Source of the DNA: Octopus bimaculoides
Taxonomy: Eukaryota
Assembly: GCF_001194135.2 (NCBI RefSeq)
Contig: NC_068987.1
Span: 26,619,033 to 26,682,779, forward strand
Direction: 5' to 3'
DNA: 63,747 nt
Shown one piece after another: positions 1 through 12,410 of this stretch. The notes under the pieces are model-generated. The model worked only from the letters and a program-made list of their open reading frames with translations. It did no database searches and was not told the origin of the DNA. The translations under genes were made by a program, and so were the position numbers. Every line of letters begins with the position of its first letter. Within the stretch, counting starts at the first letter, position 1.

Positions 1-24
1 TATATATATATATATATATATATC

Positions 25-240
25 CTTGTGTGTGAGTGCCTTTATGCCTTTGTTTGTCGCCCAACACAGCTTGGCAACTGATGCTGTCGTGTTTACGTTC
101 CGGTAACTTAACAGTTTGCTCCAAAAGATCGAATAAGTACCAAGCTTAAAAAAGTACTGGTGTCGATTCATTCGACTAAAAATCCTTCAAGATGGTGCCC
201 CAGCATGGCTGCAGCCTAACGACTGAAAGGAGTAAATGTT
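25..240 (+). mobile_element. tRNA-derived SINE family A, 3' half
   Basis: Reverse complement of the bodies at 1177-1345 and 28370-28608 (shared blocks such as ...cagcatggctgcagcc..gactgaaa..gtaaa and gaataagtacca...gtcgatt...cgact). Follows a (TA)n tract as in other copies. Confidence 0.7.
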
Positions 241-249
241 AAAAGATTA

Positions 250-582
250 ATGTTACAGGTTACACTGCGTGTGAAGGTGATTATTGATAATAAAAAGAAC
301 CTCGGAGAATACTGAATGAAGATTATTGACGAAAAGATCAACAACTAAAAAGAAACAGTCTTACACGGTAGCTTTGTACAAAAACAACATCTGATGTTAC
401 TAGTGTGCGAAAAAGGAGACAGATGGTTTGATCGTTGCTGCTCAAGAACAAGCTTTGCAAATTAATGCAGTCAAGTAGAACATTGATAAATAGTTTAAAA
501 GCCTCCGTGTAAATTGTGTGGAAACTCATCTGAAGCAGTCAGACATTTAGTTAGTAGAAGTTCGAAACTTACCCAAAAGAAG
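250..582 (+). mobile_element. Decayed R4/Dong-like non-LTR retrotransposon fragment (pre-knuckle region plus CCHC zinc knuckle)
   Basis: Manual translation with stops and a frameshift gives ..LHGSF.., ETDGLIVAAQEQALQINAVK*NIDK and CKLCGNSSEAVRHLVS..KLTQK. This matches the R4/Dong pattern LHG / ETEG.I.AAQDQAL / CRLC....ET..H..SGC..LAQ. Confidence 0.7.
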
Positions 583-955
583 TGCATGTATGTATGCATC
601 TATGTGTGTATGTATGTATGTATGTCACAAACGCAGAGAGCAACAGCTCATTTCTGAGTTGTTATCTTCGGTTGCTTATAGCGCTGGCCGGTGGTCAAAT
701 ATCATGCATGGTCGTATAGACTAAAATGAGAGGAGAAAATCTCAATTCGTGAAATTCGTACAAATAAGATACCATATCAGAGTTAACGGGGAATGGAATG
801 TTGTCAACCTTTCTACCATACAACAGACATATACTATCTCTACCTATCCCATACCTATACTTAAATATATTCACTCAATAACATATGTATATATAATGAT
901 TGACCGTTGACTGAACACTATTCAATTTTTTTTCTCCGTGTTTTTCTCCTTGTAT

Positions 956-992
956 TCTTTCTGTTGAAGAGCGTAGCTCGAAACGTCAAAGA
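956..992 (+). ncRNA. Minimal type I hammerhead ribozyme motif (Penelope-associated type; core variant CUGUUGA)
   Basis: Stem I TCTTT(956-960)/AAAGA(988-992); core CTGTTGA plus extra A; stem II GAGC-gta-GCTC; GAAAC; palindromic ACGU stem III; GUC triplet at 985-987. Confidence 0.6.
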
Positions 993-1176
993 CTTTCCGT
1001 ATTCCCGAGCGTCATACTAATATATCCTTTTGTTATTTACACCACCTGTCCTCCTCTGTTGTTATTATTTGTATATTCTCCCATATATATAGATATACAT
1101 AGGTACACACATATATGCAGATATACGTAAGACTATCTGCTTAGACTATGCATAATAGCTTCACATAATTTTTGTA

Positions 1177-1523
1177 TTCTTTTACTTGTTTCAGTCATTT
1201 GACTGCGGCCATGCTGGAGCACCACCTTAAAGGATTTTTTTAGTTGAAGAAATCAACCCCAGGACTTATTATCTGCAAGCCTAGTACTTATTCTATCGGT
1301 CTCTTTGCCGAACCGCTAAAGCGATGGTGGGAGGACAAACATTGACGCACACACATATATGTATATACATGACTGGCTTCTTTCAGTTTCCGTTTACTAA
1401 ATCCACTCACAAGACTCTGGTCGGCTCGAAGCTATAGTAGAAGACACTTGCTCAAGTTGCCACGCAATGCGACTGAACCTGGAAGCATGTGGTTGGGAAG
1501 CAAGCTGCTTACCACACAACCAC
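1177..1523 (-). mobile_element. tRNA-derived SINE family A, near full length
   Basis: Minus-strand head gtggttgtgtggtaag (A-box-like) ... ggttcagtcgc (B-box-like), then cttgagcaagtgtctt core, internal (TA/TG) tract and a body shared with 25-240 and 28370-28608. Confidence 0.8.
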
Positions 1524-2540
1524 GTGGTATAAAATATGAATATAAGATATAAAATATAGAATGTAAAATATAAATGAAATGCAGCAGCGACATTAGAATA
1601 AACAAGAGATAACAAACGATTTTAAATAATAGATAAACTAAAAAATAAAAAATGAAATGTCATTGACTTATATATTAGGTGTCGTATGCTGAATTAACAA
1701 AATAATATACCTAATACAAAATATACCTAATAAGAAGCCATATTATATGGGGTAACATACTTAGAATCTTAGATAGTATACACAACTATATTAGGGGATA
1801 GATGTAAGGTTAGGTGGGGCCTATAGCGGCAGACTATGTAACAGGCTTAAAGTATGCGAATGTACGTCTAATATTATGCTAGAATTTCGCTCTTGGATCT
1901 TTCGGTTTATTGAGAACATTGCCTGGATATTTAAAGGATTCCTATAATTCAGCGAAGCAAAGAATGCACAGGTGCTTGTCACTTAATTACGATGATGCTT
2001 TTCTTACAATGTTCCAGGCAATGTGGAATGCAAATTTTCTATATTTCAGTTCCCACAGTTTTGGTAAGTGACGTTACATTAGCCTTATCCTGATTTTTAA
2101 ATGTTGAAAATTGGTTGTAAAGTGTCTATGTAACTTCAAAATTACATAATTTATTCGACAACTGGTTTCATGTATTATAAGTGTCGCTTGAGCACAGTGA
2201 AGTATGCTGATTATATTATATTTCTAAACGATTGAACATTTATGAAGAGGCATTATGACAGCACTGTCATTAAAGTCAAGGGTGTTAGGACCATTGGTCT
2301 GGTCTTGAAGAGTTGCGAATTCCACATCCAGACGAAACTCGGTACTTTTCATGACACAGACATAACACCTTGTAATCCCACTAGGTTAATCGCTTGGCCC
2401 TTATCTTCAATATTACAGATGCCGCGTGCCTGGTGTGTGACAATATTGACAGTTGAGGAAGTAAGCTGACAATTGAGAGGATAATCACTAATTTAGCTAT
2501 TTGATTGCTACAGCCAGTTCCGCGAGTTCAAATTTGTGCA

Positions 2541-2612
<72 letters not shown>

Positions 2613-2706
2613 CGTCCGTCTGTCTGTCTGTCTGTCTGTCTGTCATGTATGTATGTATGTATGTATGTATGCATGTATATATATTTATGTGTGTATGTGT
2701 GTGTAT
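2541..2706. repeat. Compound microsatellite (TATC)n/(TCTG)n/(TATG)n/(TG)n
   Basis: Seen directly in sequence. Confidence 0.95.
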
Positions 2707-3025
2707 AAGGTAATTAGAAAATATATTAAGCTCTTAACGGTGTTATTACATCTAAGAAAACACTGGTTCTATTCCTTATATTTTTGGGAAATAATATTTC
2801 CTTAAATCAATAGGGATATATTAAGTATAAAATCCGTATCAAATGAAGAGAAGAAAATGGAGAATTAGTGGTTAATAATTATTTATTGAGAAATTGATAA
2901 TAATTTCTTACTATAGCTGTTTCCACTTATACTCATTGAATAAATTACAAATTTGTGCATTAAATTTGCATGTATAAGTTGAACAAAAATTACAAGTTGA
3001 CCTATATTAATAATAATGACAACAC

Positions 3026-3026
<1 letters not shown>

Positions 3027-3067
<41 letters not shown>

Positions 3068-3105
3068 GTGTACTAGTAGTAGTAGTAGTAGTAGTAGTAG
3101 TATGT

Positions 3106-3159
<54 letters not shown>
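3027..3159. repeat. (AGT)n microsatellite, slightly interrupted
   Basis: Seen directly; explains the poly-Ser and poly-Leu ORFs. Confidence 0.95.
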
Positions 3160-3335
3160 ATAGTACAAATAATAAGGAATAGATAGGTCTACATGTAATT
3201 TTGTAAATGCTTAACTTTTTCCTGATGATATTTTGCTCATAAGTTATAAATGCAAATTTAATGCACACATTTTTAATTTATTCAATGAATATAAATGGAA
3301 ACAACTGTAAGAAGAAATGATGGTCACGTGTGATC

Positions 3336-3338
<3 letters not shown>

Positions 3339-3407
<69 letters not shown>

Positions 3408-3470
3408 AGAAAGATGGGGAGAGAAAGAGACAGATAGAAAACGGTGAAGAGGAGAAAAAGATATATGTAT

Positions 3471-3554
<84 letters not shown>

Positions 3555-3560
3555 ATATAT
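3339..3560. repeat. Compound microsatellite (GA)n, (CA)n, (TA)n, (GT)n
   Basis: Seen directly in sequence. Confidence 0.95.
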
Positions 3561-3665
3561 ACCGGAGTAAGCTCATAAATGCGAAACAATGTGGAAAAAA
3601 GAGTACTCGAATACCAGTGGTAGACTAATATGCTTTATTGAAAAGCAGCAGAAATATCACAAAAG

Positions 3666-3696
3666 CTGTTACTCAGAGTTCCTGTTCGTCGGACAG
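3666..3696 (-). ncRNA. Truncated hammerhead-like motif (stem II apparently deleted)
   Basis: Minus strand reads CTGT-CCGACGA-ACAG-GAAC-TCTGA-GTA-ACAG: stem I CTGT/ACAG, core variant CCGACGA and a GUA triplet, but GAAC instead of GAAAC and no stem II. Confidence 0.3.
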
Positions 3697-6600
3697 TTTT
3701 GTTAGAATGGAACAGAAATGACGATAATAATCAATCATAAAGATAGATTAAAGGATACACCTTTGAAAATGGTTTTGCTATTACTTGCTGTTGTTTAGGA
3801 CAATATTTCCCAGCAGATGTAGACTGTGGTATTTCTTCATTACTATCTAGTTTCATGAGTGTGAACAGGACCACATTGCCTATTATAATGCTTTTCTTTG
3901 AGTCACTGAATTGTTAAAAGTTTTACAAATATCTTTTTTAAGAGGAAAATCGAGTATTATAAATGTTTTAAAGCAAAAACCGGCACATGCATTGCACTTT
4001 GACACAAACCAATGCGCTTACACCGTTGAGGTGTCTTAAAAAGTGAAAAGTAACAGGTTGAACCGATGTTAATTTTCAGTGAATTCACAGATTTTGCGAA
4101 TAAATTATAGAAATGAAGTGAGGAAGTTCAAAAAAAATTTTCTGTAATACTCTTGTAGTTGTAGTATACTGAATGAACTCCCATTTGTAAAACTGTAATC
4201 ATTATATCATTAATATTTTTTGCTCCATTTTTATCATATTACGTAATGTAATTAGAAAATACTGGAGAAAGTACATATTAATTTTTCTCTGTGCACTAAA
4301 TATAATGTAAAAAAATGTTTAAGTTACAAGTATGAACAAATGAAAAAGCTTTTATAATACTTGTGGTAACCGCATGACTCCTGACGTCACGTGATATCAA
4401 AAACAAAAATTGTTGAGATAGATGCTACCATATTTAATAATGGCTAATTATATCAGTTAACGATGTTTTGTTAGTAAGCATTAAATTGATTACTGAATCT
4501 ATTGTGATACTAGTTCAGGAACACAGTAATAAGAGAATAAAAGTTTTCTCAAGAACGAAACGACGACATTGCTTGAAATCAAATTATCTTTAGAGAGAAC
4601 AAATGTACGTGCATAAAACGGGAATAATTTTTTTCCAGTACTAATCGAATATCTTATATGTATGTAGATTTGACAAACGGCAATAAGATGCGATTACTCC
4701 CTATATAATTTCTATGGAATGAATATGAGATGCATATGAGGGCAATTTACGAAAGAGAAATCCCCTATAGACCATTGCATGGTAAATGTAATATAAGGAA
4801 AGTAACATACTGGCAATGAATGTATGCGAATAAATCATTTCATTTCTAGAAATATCCACCCAATTCCCTCACGCACACATACATCAATGCGAAAATATTG
4901 TAAATTAAGTTCAAATGAGTGTATTGAGTTCAAATAATTGTTGAAGAGAAAGGTCAAACTATAACAGATAGATATGAGTGCGCATACACACATGGATGAT
5001 TATTTTAGGCTATAGATATATCATTAGTAATTAATTAGTGGCTGGGAATACGTGCTACTACACTGCACAACAACATTTCTGTATTATCTTAACACTCAAT
5101 TGTTCAGTATTTTGGCTTTTATACGGCTCACTTCAAAAACATCGTGGGACATCTGCATACCATACGCAGCACGTGATTCCTGACAAGGTGGTCGATCCAA
5201 TGTAACTTTTTAAAATTTAGCACAGTATGCAGGGATTTAACAGTGATCTAACATCTGCTTCCAAATTTGAATAGGTATCTCGATTTTCAATGCGTCACTA
5301 TAATATATTATTCTCCGGACGACAAAATATCAAAATCGTTCTAGAAGTAAATCCTTTAACTATTAAAGATAGACGTCAGGACTTTCAGCATGAACGTTCT
5401 TCTGTGATTTTCTTCACTATTCATCTCAAGCATACGAGATGATGAAATTAATCAAATTTTCAGTCATATTTATGACTTTATGATTATATTTAACAAAATC
5501 ATCCCAGTTTTAATACTCTTCTTTTTTCAAGTATGTCTAGAAATACATTATCGAATGTGCCCTGTCCCTATTCTAATAGGGACTGGACACATAGTTAATA
5601 GGCAGTGTTTTTTCATTGATCTTTAGCTGTTATTTCTAGTAAGTTGAGCTACGATACAGTAGCTATCACGCCCATTCATCGCTCATTGAATAACAACTGA
5701 TGGCAGCCATCTTGTTTCACAAATTGAATACACACCTACGCTCAATACACATCTAATTGAATGGTTTCTCAAGTTTGTTTTTGTGTTTGTATTTACTATT
5801 TCTCTCCAGTGAAAATAATTTACTGTTTTGTATAGGAAATAATTGATATTTGACTTAGAAGCAGATCCTGAAGGTTTTAGTGCTTTGCTGAGATTTCTAA
5901 TTATCAAGCTAATCAAGCATATGATGATGCTGTAATGAATACATGAATCCATAAAAAAATAAACATTTCCAGATACAAAATCACAGCATTCGTGTACATC
6001 ACACGTTGAATATTTATATAGGACCTGTCACTCGAGTATAGATATTGTTCTAGCCTTTAGAGATAGCGTGCTGTGCTTAACATTCAGTATTTCATTTCAA
6101 GAACTTGATTCATTTAGAATTCCCTTCAGTATAGACAGCAGATACCTGTTATGTTCACATTTCAGATGATGAGAACGAGACAATATTAGTATCTTAAATG
6201 CAGAATTGTCGATACCTCGTGTGACGGAAGAAATATATCTCTTATATTTCGCGATACATTTCTTAAAGTTGCATTGACTGAAATTACTAACTGTAATTGA
6301 TATTCTACCTGGAAAATAGTAGTATCAAGTTTGCTTGATGATGATTGAAATTCAATTGGTATAGTGACTTTTCCTATTGTGTTTTTAAAAGAATATTGAT
6401 AAAAATAACACAAGAACGTTTATGATGAAAATGCACAAGTCAACTACAAACAGGTTCATCGATTACATTCTAGTTCATATAAAAGGTAGTTCCTCAATCT
6501 TCAAATTTATATAAGTTACATCAGGCATTAAGAATACCAGGCATCCTTTAATAACTTCAAGCATTTTCATCCTAAACAATTCTGGTTCAACAAGTAACGA

Positions 6601-9600
6601 TAGGCCTTCCTACCGTACAATAACTGGCCCTAAACTCTTAAACATGTCTTGCACATCTCTCCATCTCCTAAAATTTAAAACATTAAGAAGATACAATTCT
6701 ACTTCACTGAATACATCATCAACCTGAGTCGATCCTCCTTTTCTCGATGGTTTCCATCGGGAAAACCATTATATTGGTGATAGCCAGCAGGATGTGCCTT
6801 AATTACGCTGAACATTTTATATTAATGACCAACCTCTCCCCTGTTTACTAATCAATCTGGGAATTATACAATGATATACAATATTACATTATGCCGTAAC
6901 GATCAAAGCTTAGTCTAAGAAGACATAAAGCTGTATAGAGTTGTCATTGTACTGCTAAAAATCAAACACGACGCTCTATAATTAAGTTTCATTAATCAAC
7001 ATACTTCACTTATCTGCCCTTCGTTTCTTGAGAGCAATTATTTATTCCAGATACTGATTAAAACAATTATATAGCTTATCTGAATATCCCAAGCTCATAT
7101 ACATTAATGTCTGTATCTCATTTTCCAGCACACCGCAATCTCTTTAACAAGTCGGCAATTTGGCAACCCTTATATATTTCTCTTGCCTTTCTCTTGACCA
7201 TAACCCTCTCCCACCATCGATCTCCAAATCCGTTAATCTCGCGCTACTTATTAAATTTGCAAAACTTCTTGTCGATCGTCTGCTTGCTATGCTCCATTCT
7301 CCTCTCGTTTACTATATCAAGTTTGCTAGCGCCATGTTTACTTCTCCATTCATATTCGACAACATGGCGCTTTGCAAAGTCTCTCATTTAACACTCGCTT
7401 TCCAATGTCCATCAGAATGAGAAAACCGTCAATAATGTAAGATACCCTATAATATGAAATAGAAATATGTCTTAACACTTCTATGATTATTTCTACATTA
7501 CGAGGAAGATGACGTGATTCATAACGAGAATGGCAATAAAATCGTATAGAGCTAAATGATTGCAAAATGTAGTATATCAAACAATTATTAAGAAACATAC
7601 AAAACTTTGATGTAAAAAAAGGTAAGTTGAATTTTCCAGAATCTAAAGAACTATATAATTTATATTCTTTCAATTAAAAATGACCACCATAAAGTTAGTT
7701 CATAATTTTAGGACGTAAATATGTTTATTAAGGATAAAACATATAACTCAATATAATGCTAGGTCTGGAGAATAATGTCGATGTTTATAGAGAAACATAT
7801 TGAATACTTTTATGTTATTAATTATTTTGATGAGATGTTGAGATGTAATTCTATCTCCAGTCACGTTGAGAACCAATTAGAAAATGACATTCTAGACCTA
7901 CAATTTCTCGTTCACTATTTTCTACATATTTCCCATTATCCTCAGTACACTTATAACTAATGGCCAAACTCAATGCCAAGTTATTGATCTCTTTGACTGT
8001 ACATTGCCAATCTGATTTACGGCATCACTTGTAAACTTCGCAAATTTCTATTGCGGGTGAAACCAACAGTCAATTATGTGATCGATATTCACAGCCAGGC
8101 ATTCTAAGTCACCGTGTCACTTTGTAGATCATCTCTTAGTTTGTCGAACCATCGAAAAGGCATAAAAACGTACCAGGTCATTATAAGAATTCCTTTCTCG
8201 CACGCATAAATGAACACATTTCATTCTTCTAACAGACCCTTCTCAATCGAACATATTTGCAGGTTTGCAGCTTCAGTTGCATATATTTTTATTCCCTTCT
8301 TCTAACCGCAGCACTTTCTCTCTCTCCTCATCCTCTTCATTTGCAAATTCTCTAACCTTTCCTGGTTCCACTCAAATTTGCTAAAGTTCGTATTGATTAC
8401 CAGGCTGCTTTCTGTTCACCTTATATTAACTACATCTCTTCTTGTTCATCTCCCTATTTTCACCACCGTTCAACACATGTCACCTTGTAAATCCACTTTA
8501 TTCATTTCACTAATCAGAAACCATTACTCACTCACGGAGAAAGAGAGATGTCTGGCGTTTCATCTTCCCCGTGGCAAACCAAGGTATTCCACTTTTCAAG
8601 AGTTAATCACTAATTGCTAACACAGACAGTCACATATGTAAGTATAATTTAATATTGGCTCAAAGGATGCCATAATATTATTTACATTTCTTTCAATGTG
8701 AGAATCCTAATTTTCGTTGCTTCTAGCTTTATTGCAAGAAAAATTAACAAAAATCACTCAAAAACAAAAAGGAATTTCAATAATCGAAGCCAAATAATTT
8801 GAAGGTATTTTATGGGGAGTAATGAGATAACATACAAAATCTTGGTATTGCTGTTACTCGCGATTACGATTACTTATAATTATCAAAGACAGCTTTACGT
8901 AATATTTGGATCGTTAATTTGGATGTTATTCATTTGAAGTAATATATACGTGTATAGAATGTAATTTATAATTGACTCTCTATGCGGTTTGAGATGTAAT
9001 TATTTCTCATTAAAGTAATTAATAACGGAAAATATTCAATACATTTCTCTGTAAACACCAAACATTATATACCAAATCTAGCACTAGATTCAGCTGTGTT
9101 CACCTTATTAAGCAACAAATATTTGGGTCCCAAAATTACGAACTAACTTTGTGCTAGTCACTTATCATTGAAAGTGTTCAAACGATACAATCTCCGTATT
9201 CCGAATTCAACCGTTTAGTGTCACACATATTTATCTCTAAAAGTGTATTTTTTTCGACCGTTGTTGTTACGAATTATATAATCCTTGAAGTTATGTAGAA
9301 ATAAAGATAGATATTTTAAAACATTGCAAGTTTTCATCTTAACTTTTCAGTAGCTGACTTCATTGGGGATTTTCTCTTGCATGCGCGTTTTCAAGACGAA
9401 AAGTTGCAAACAGTGATCTCGCCGAGTATGAATGGGTGCTAGTATACTTGGTGCAATGCACCAGATTATTTTCATTGATTAACTCTTTAAATTTACTGAT
9501 AAGAACACAATATATAGAACGACTATTTACTATACAAACAATTGGTTGGATAGCCGAGAAATGGTAGTTGATGCAAATTAATTAAATTTAGAATGTAGTG

Positions 9601-11093
9601 GTGAGCATGTCTTATATTTAGTAGTATAGCGACAATTCTGGACTTGTTTCATCGTAGCAGATTTTTCAGCGAGGCGTAGTGTAACTCTTGATGCAGATTA
9701 AAACTATATTTTAATGAACAGAGCAGTTAAAAGAATACGAAACGATAATAAGAAAATATTTTTTGATGCAGATTATTTCACTAAATTAAGGGAGTTCTTA
9801 TTCAACAAAATGAAATCAAGTTGGAATCAAGTTTTTGAAATTTTAAATACTATCCATTATTCTCATCATTATAATTACATCAATCTATTCACATTGAATT
9901 TTAAATAAATGATTTTATAAAGATTTGCCTCTTGTTCAAAGAAACAAAAGTTATAAGATATTAAGATAACACTAGTTTATTGAATGTAAGGGACATTAAA
10001 ATGCTATCTAGAGAATAGACATTCGCTAACGGGGTATGTTGATACCGAAATATGTCCGGAGTTATCTTACACAACTGCTGACAAAGATTATTTTTGTCTT
10101 TTCACCAGTGTATAATACTTTTTTTTAGTTAATTTCTTAATTTCTGATGTTATCTGCATTAAAAGTGTTAAAACTAGCCTCGCCGTTCGTCTGTTCATGC
10201 AGATGTAATCTACACACTGAAAATATAAAACAAGTTAATTGACCGCCGATTCAGTTGATGCATGAATGCATTTGTATGTTTATATATTTATAATACTTAA
10301 AACAAATTCATAATGTATTCTCTTTTTTTTAATCCGTTTTTTATCTATCATTCTCCGATATTTAACTGAACTTAAACCAGCAAAATAAGTTTTCTTGTTT
10401 GATTGAATGGAAAAGAAAACAGGATTAATTTACTGGAATTCGAAAAGGAAGCAAATAAATGTGATTCAAATAATTTGAAGAATTGTATAGATGTAAATAT
10501 ATTATAAAGAGATTACTCTTTCCTGTATATAATTTCCACTTCCTAGCTAAAGTAATTTATAGTTTTGTCTTATTGTCATTTTGAACCAAATACTTATATG
10601 TGGGTTGTAGTATCTCTGATAAAGGACATGACTAGTTGGAAAATCTGTCTCATCATAACACTAAAAGAATTCTATTTTTTTCTGAAATCACATTTTTCTA
10701 GCAATATAATCTCAGACTGCTACAGAAAAAGATTCGATTTCCATACTTGTCTTCGACAGATTTGCGTTAGACGTTAATTGCTTTAAACCAGATAACATCT
10801 GAAACGCAGTGTGCTTCGGCAGGAACAGTAAAATCAGAAGAAAAATTTATTATGAATCAGTTAAGATTAGCATTAAATTCATATTAATTTACTCCTAATT
10901 TTGTGAAACAATAGATTATTAATGAATTTGATTAATTAAATATTGTAATAGACATAACATCCGTGGAGGCGTTTGAACAAGAACAAAATACAATAACGTC
11001 AAGAAATAGAAATATAGACAGGAAGATGAGAAGAGAAAGTGAGATAGATAGAGAAACACTGTAGCTGGTATATGAGAGGGAGGTTTAGTTACA

Positions 11094-11097
11094 GAGA

Positions 11098-11152
<55 letters not shown>

Positions 11153-11176
11153 TGAGAGAGTGAGAANNNNNNNNNN

Positions 11177-11212
<36 letters not shown>
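11094..11212. repeat. (GA)n and (TA)n microsatellites around a small gap
   Basis: Seen directly in sequence. Confidence 0.9.
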
Positions 11213-11215
<3 letters not shown>

Positions 11216-12284
11216 CAAAATAAGCAACAGGATATCAAGAAGGGGTGCAGTACGACTGTTTCAAGAGGATCCATTTAACCGAACAATGCAATCATTACAT
11301 CAATTCATATGTAGGGCAAATAAATAGAATTTTTAATCAGTTGGACACGTTAATATAATTTTTCTCAAATACTTAACAGACCTAGAAGATCCATGTTGTC
11401 GCTATTGTAGCTAGGAATAGATTACACTTCTAAGAAAGGCATAAAGCTCACTCAGGTCATAGCTTATAAAGGATTGTGGTCCATTTCTAATTTATTTGCT
11501 TTTTTTTTATCAACTACTAAATCTAAGACTAGAGTGCTGTGTCTGTTTGGAAAGAAAGACAAGCGTGAGTTTACAGCTCATGTTTAGGTATGGTCATAAA
11601 TATTGTTAAGATATTAGGAGTAGTAAATTGGGTATAAAGTAACTGACTATATCCCTTATAATTTAATTATAAGCCAAGAATCAGAAAAAATAAAGAAGTG
11701 TACAGATACACATAATTATCTATATGCACACATGCACACATACATAAATATTCATACGTTTATATGGATATAGTATAACCGTCTCGCATACACTTCATTA
11801 ACTAAAAAGTTTCTATTTACGAACAAGAAAGATAACTATATATAAGAGGTATAGACTTGCTTTATACCCAGTTTACTACTCCTAATATCTTGACAATATT
11901 TATGACAATACCTAGCCATGAGCTGTCAACTCACACTTGCCCTTCATTCCAAACAGACAAAGTACTCTAGTCTTAGACTTAGTAGTTGATAAAAAAGAGA
12001 AATAAATTAGAAATGAGCTTCATGCCTTTCTTGGAAGTGTAGTCTATTCCTAGCAACAATAGCGACAACATGGTCTTCTTCCATCTTCTTGTTTTGTTAA
12101 AGCATTTGAGAAAAATTATACTAATGTGTCCAACCGATTAAAAATTCTATTTGTGCAGCTCATTATATCCCTGCATTTAAATTGATGTAATGATTGCATT
12201 GTGCAGTTAAATGGAACCACTTGAAACGGTCGTACCTAATTCAACTAAATCTCAATTGTTTCCTAACTCGTCAGCCAAACCTAT

Positions 12285-12312
12285 ACACACACAAGCACGC
12301 GCACGCACGCAC

Positions 12313-12393
<81 letters not shown>

Positions 12394-12410
12394 GAGAGAG
12401 AGAGAGTGAG
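12285..12410. repeat. Compound (CA)n/(TA)n/(GA)n microsatellite
   Basis: Seen directly in sequence. Confidence 0.9.

Noticed and set aside
2297-2344. TTGAAGAG...CGAAAC-TCG-GTA hammerhead-like words
   Set aside because: No stem I; the only good helix (GTCTGG/CCAGAC) sequesters the core in the wrong topology.
5699-5714. Near-palindrome GATGGCAGCCATCTTG (YY1-like)
   Set aside because: A single short motif with no supporting CpG or promoter context.
8000-8620. Possible ancient LINE remnant (purine-rich minus strand, PRGKPR word on the plus strand)
   Set aside because: No continuous RT or endonuclease motif could be translated; too weak to call.
12255-12280. Minus-strand CTGACGA-GTTAG-GAAAC
   Set aside because: No G-C closure of stem II, no UH triplet and no stem I.
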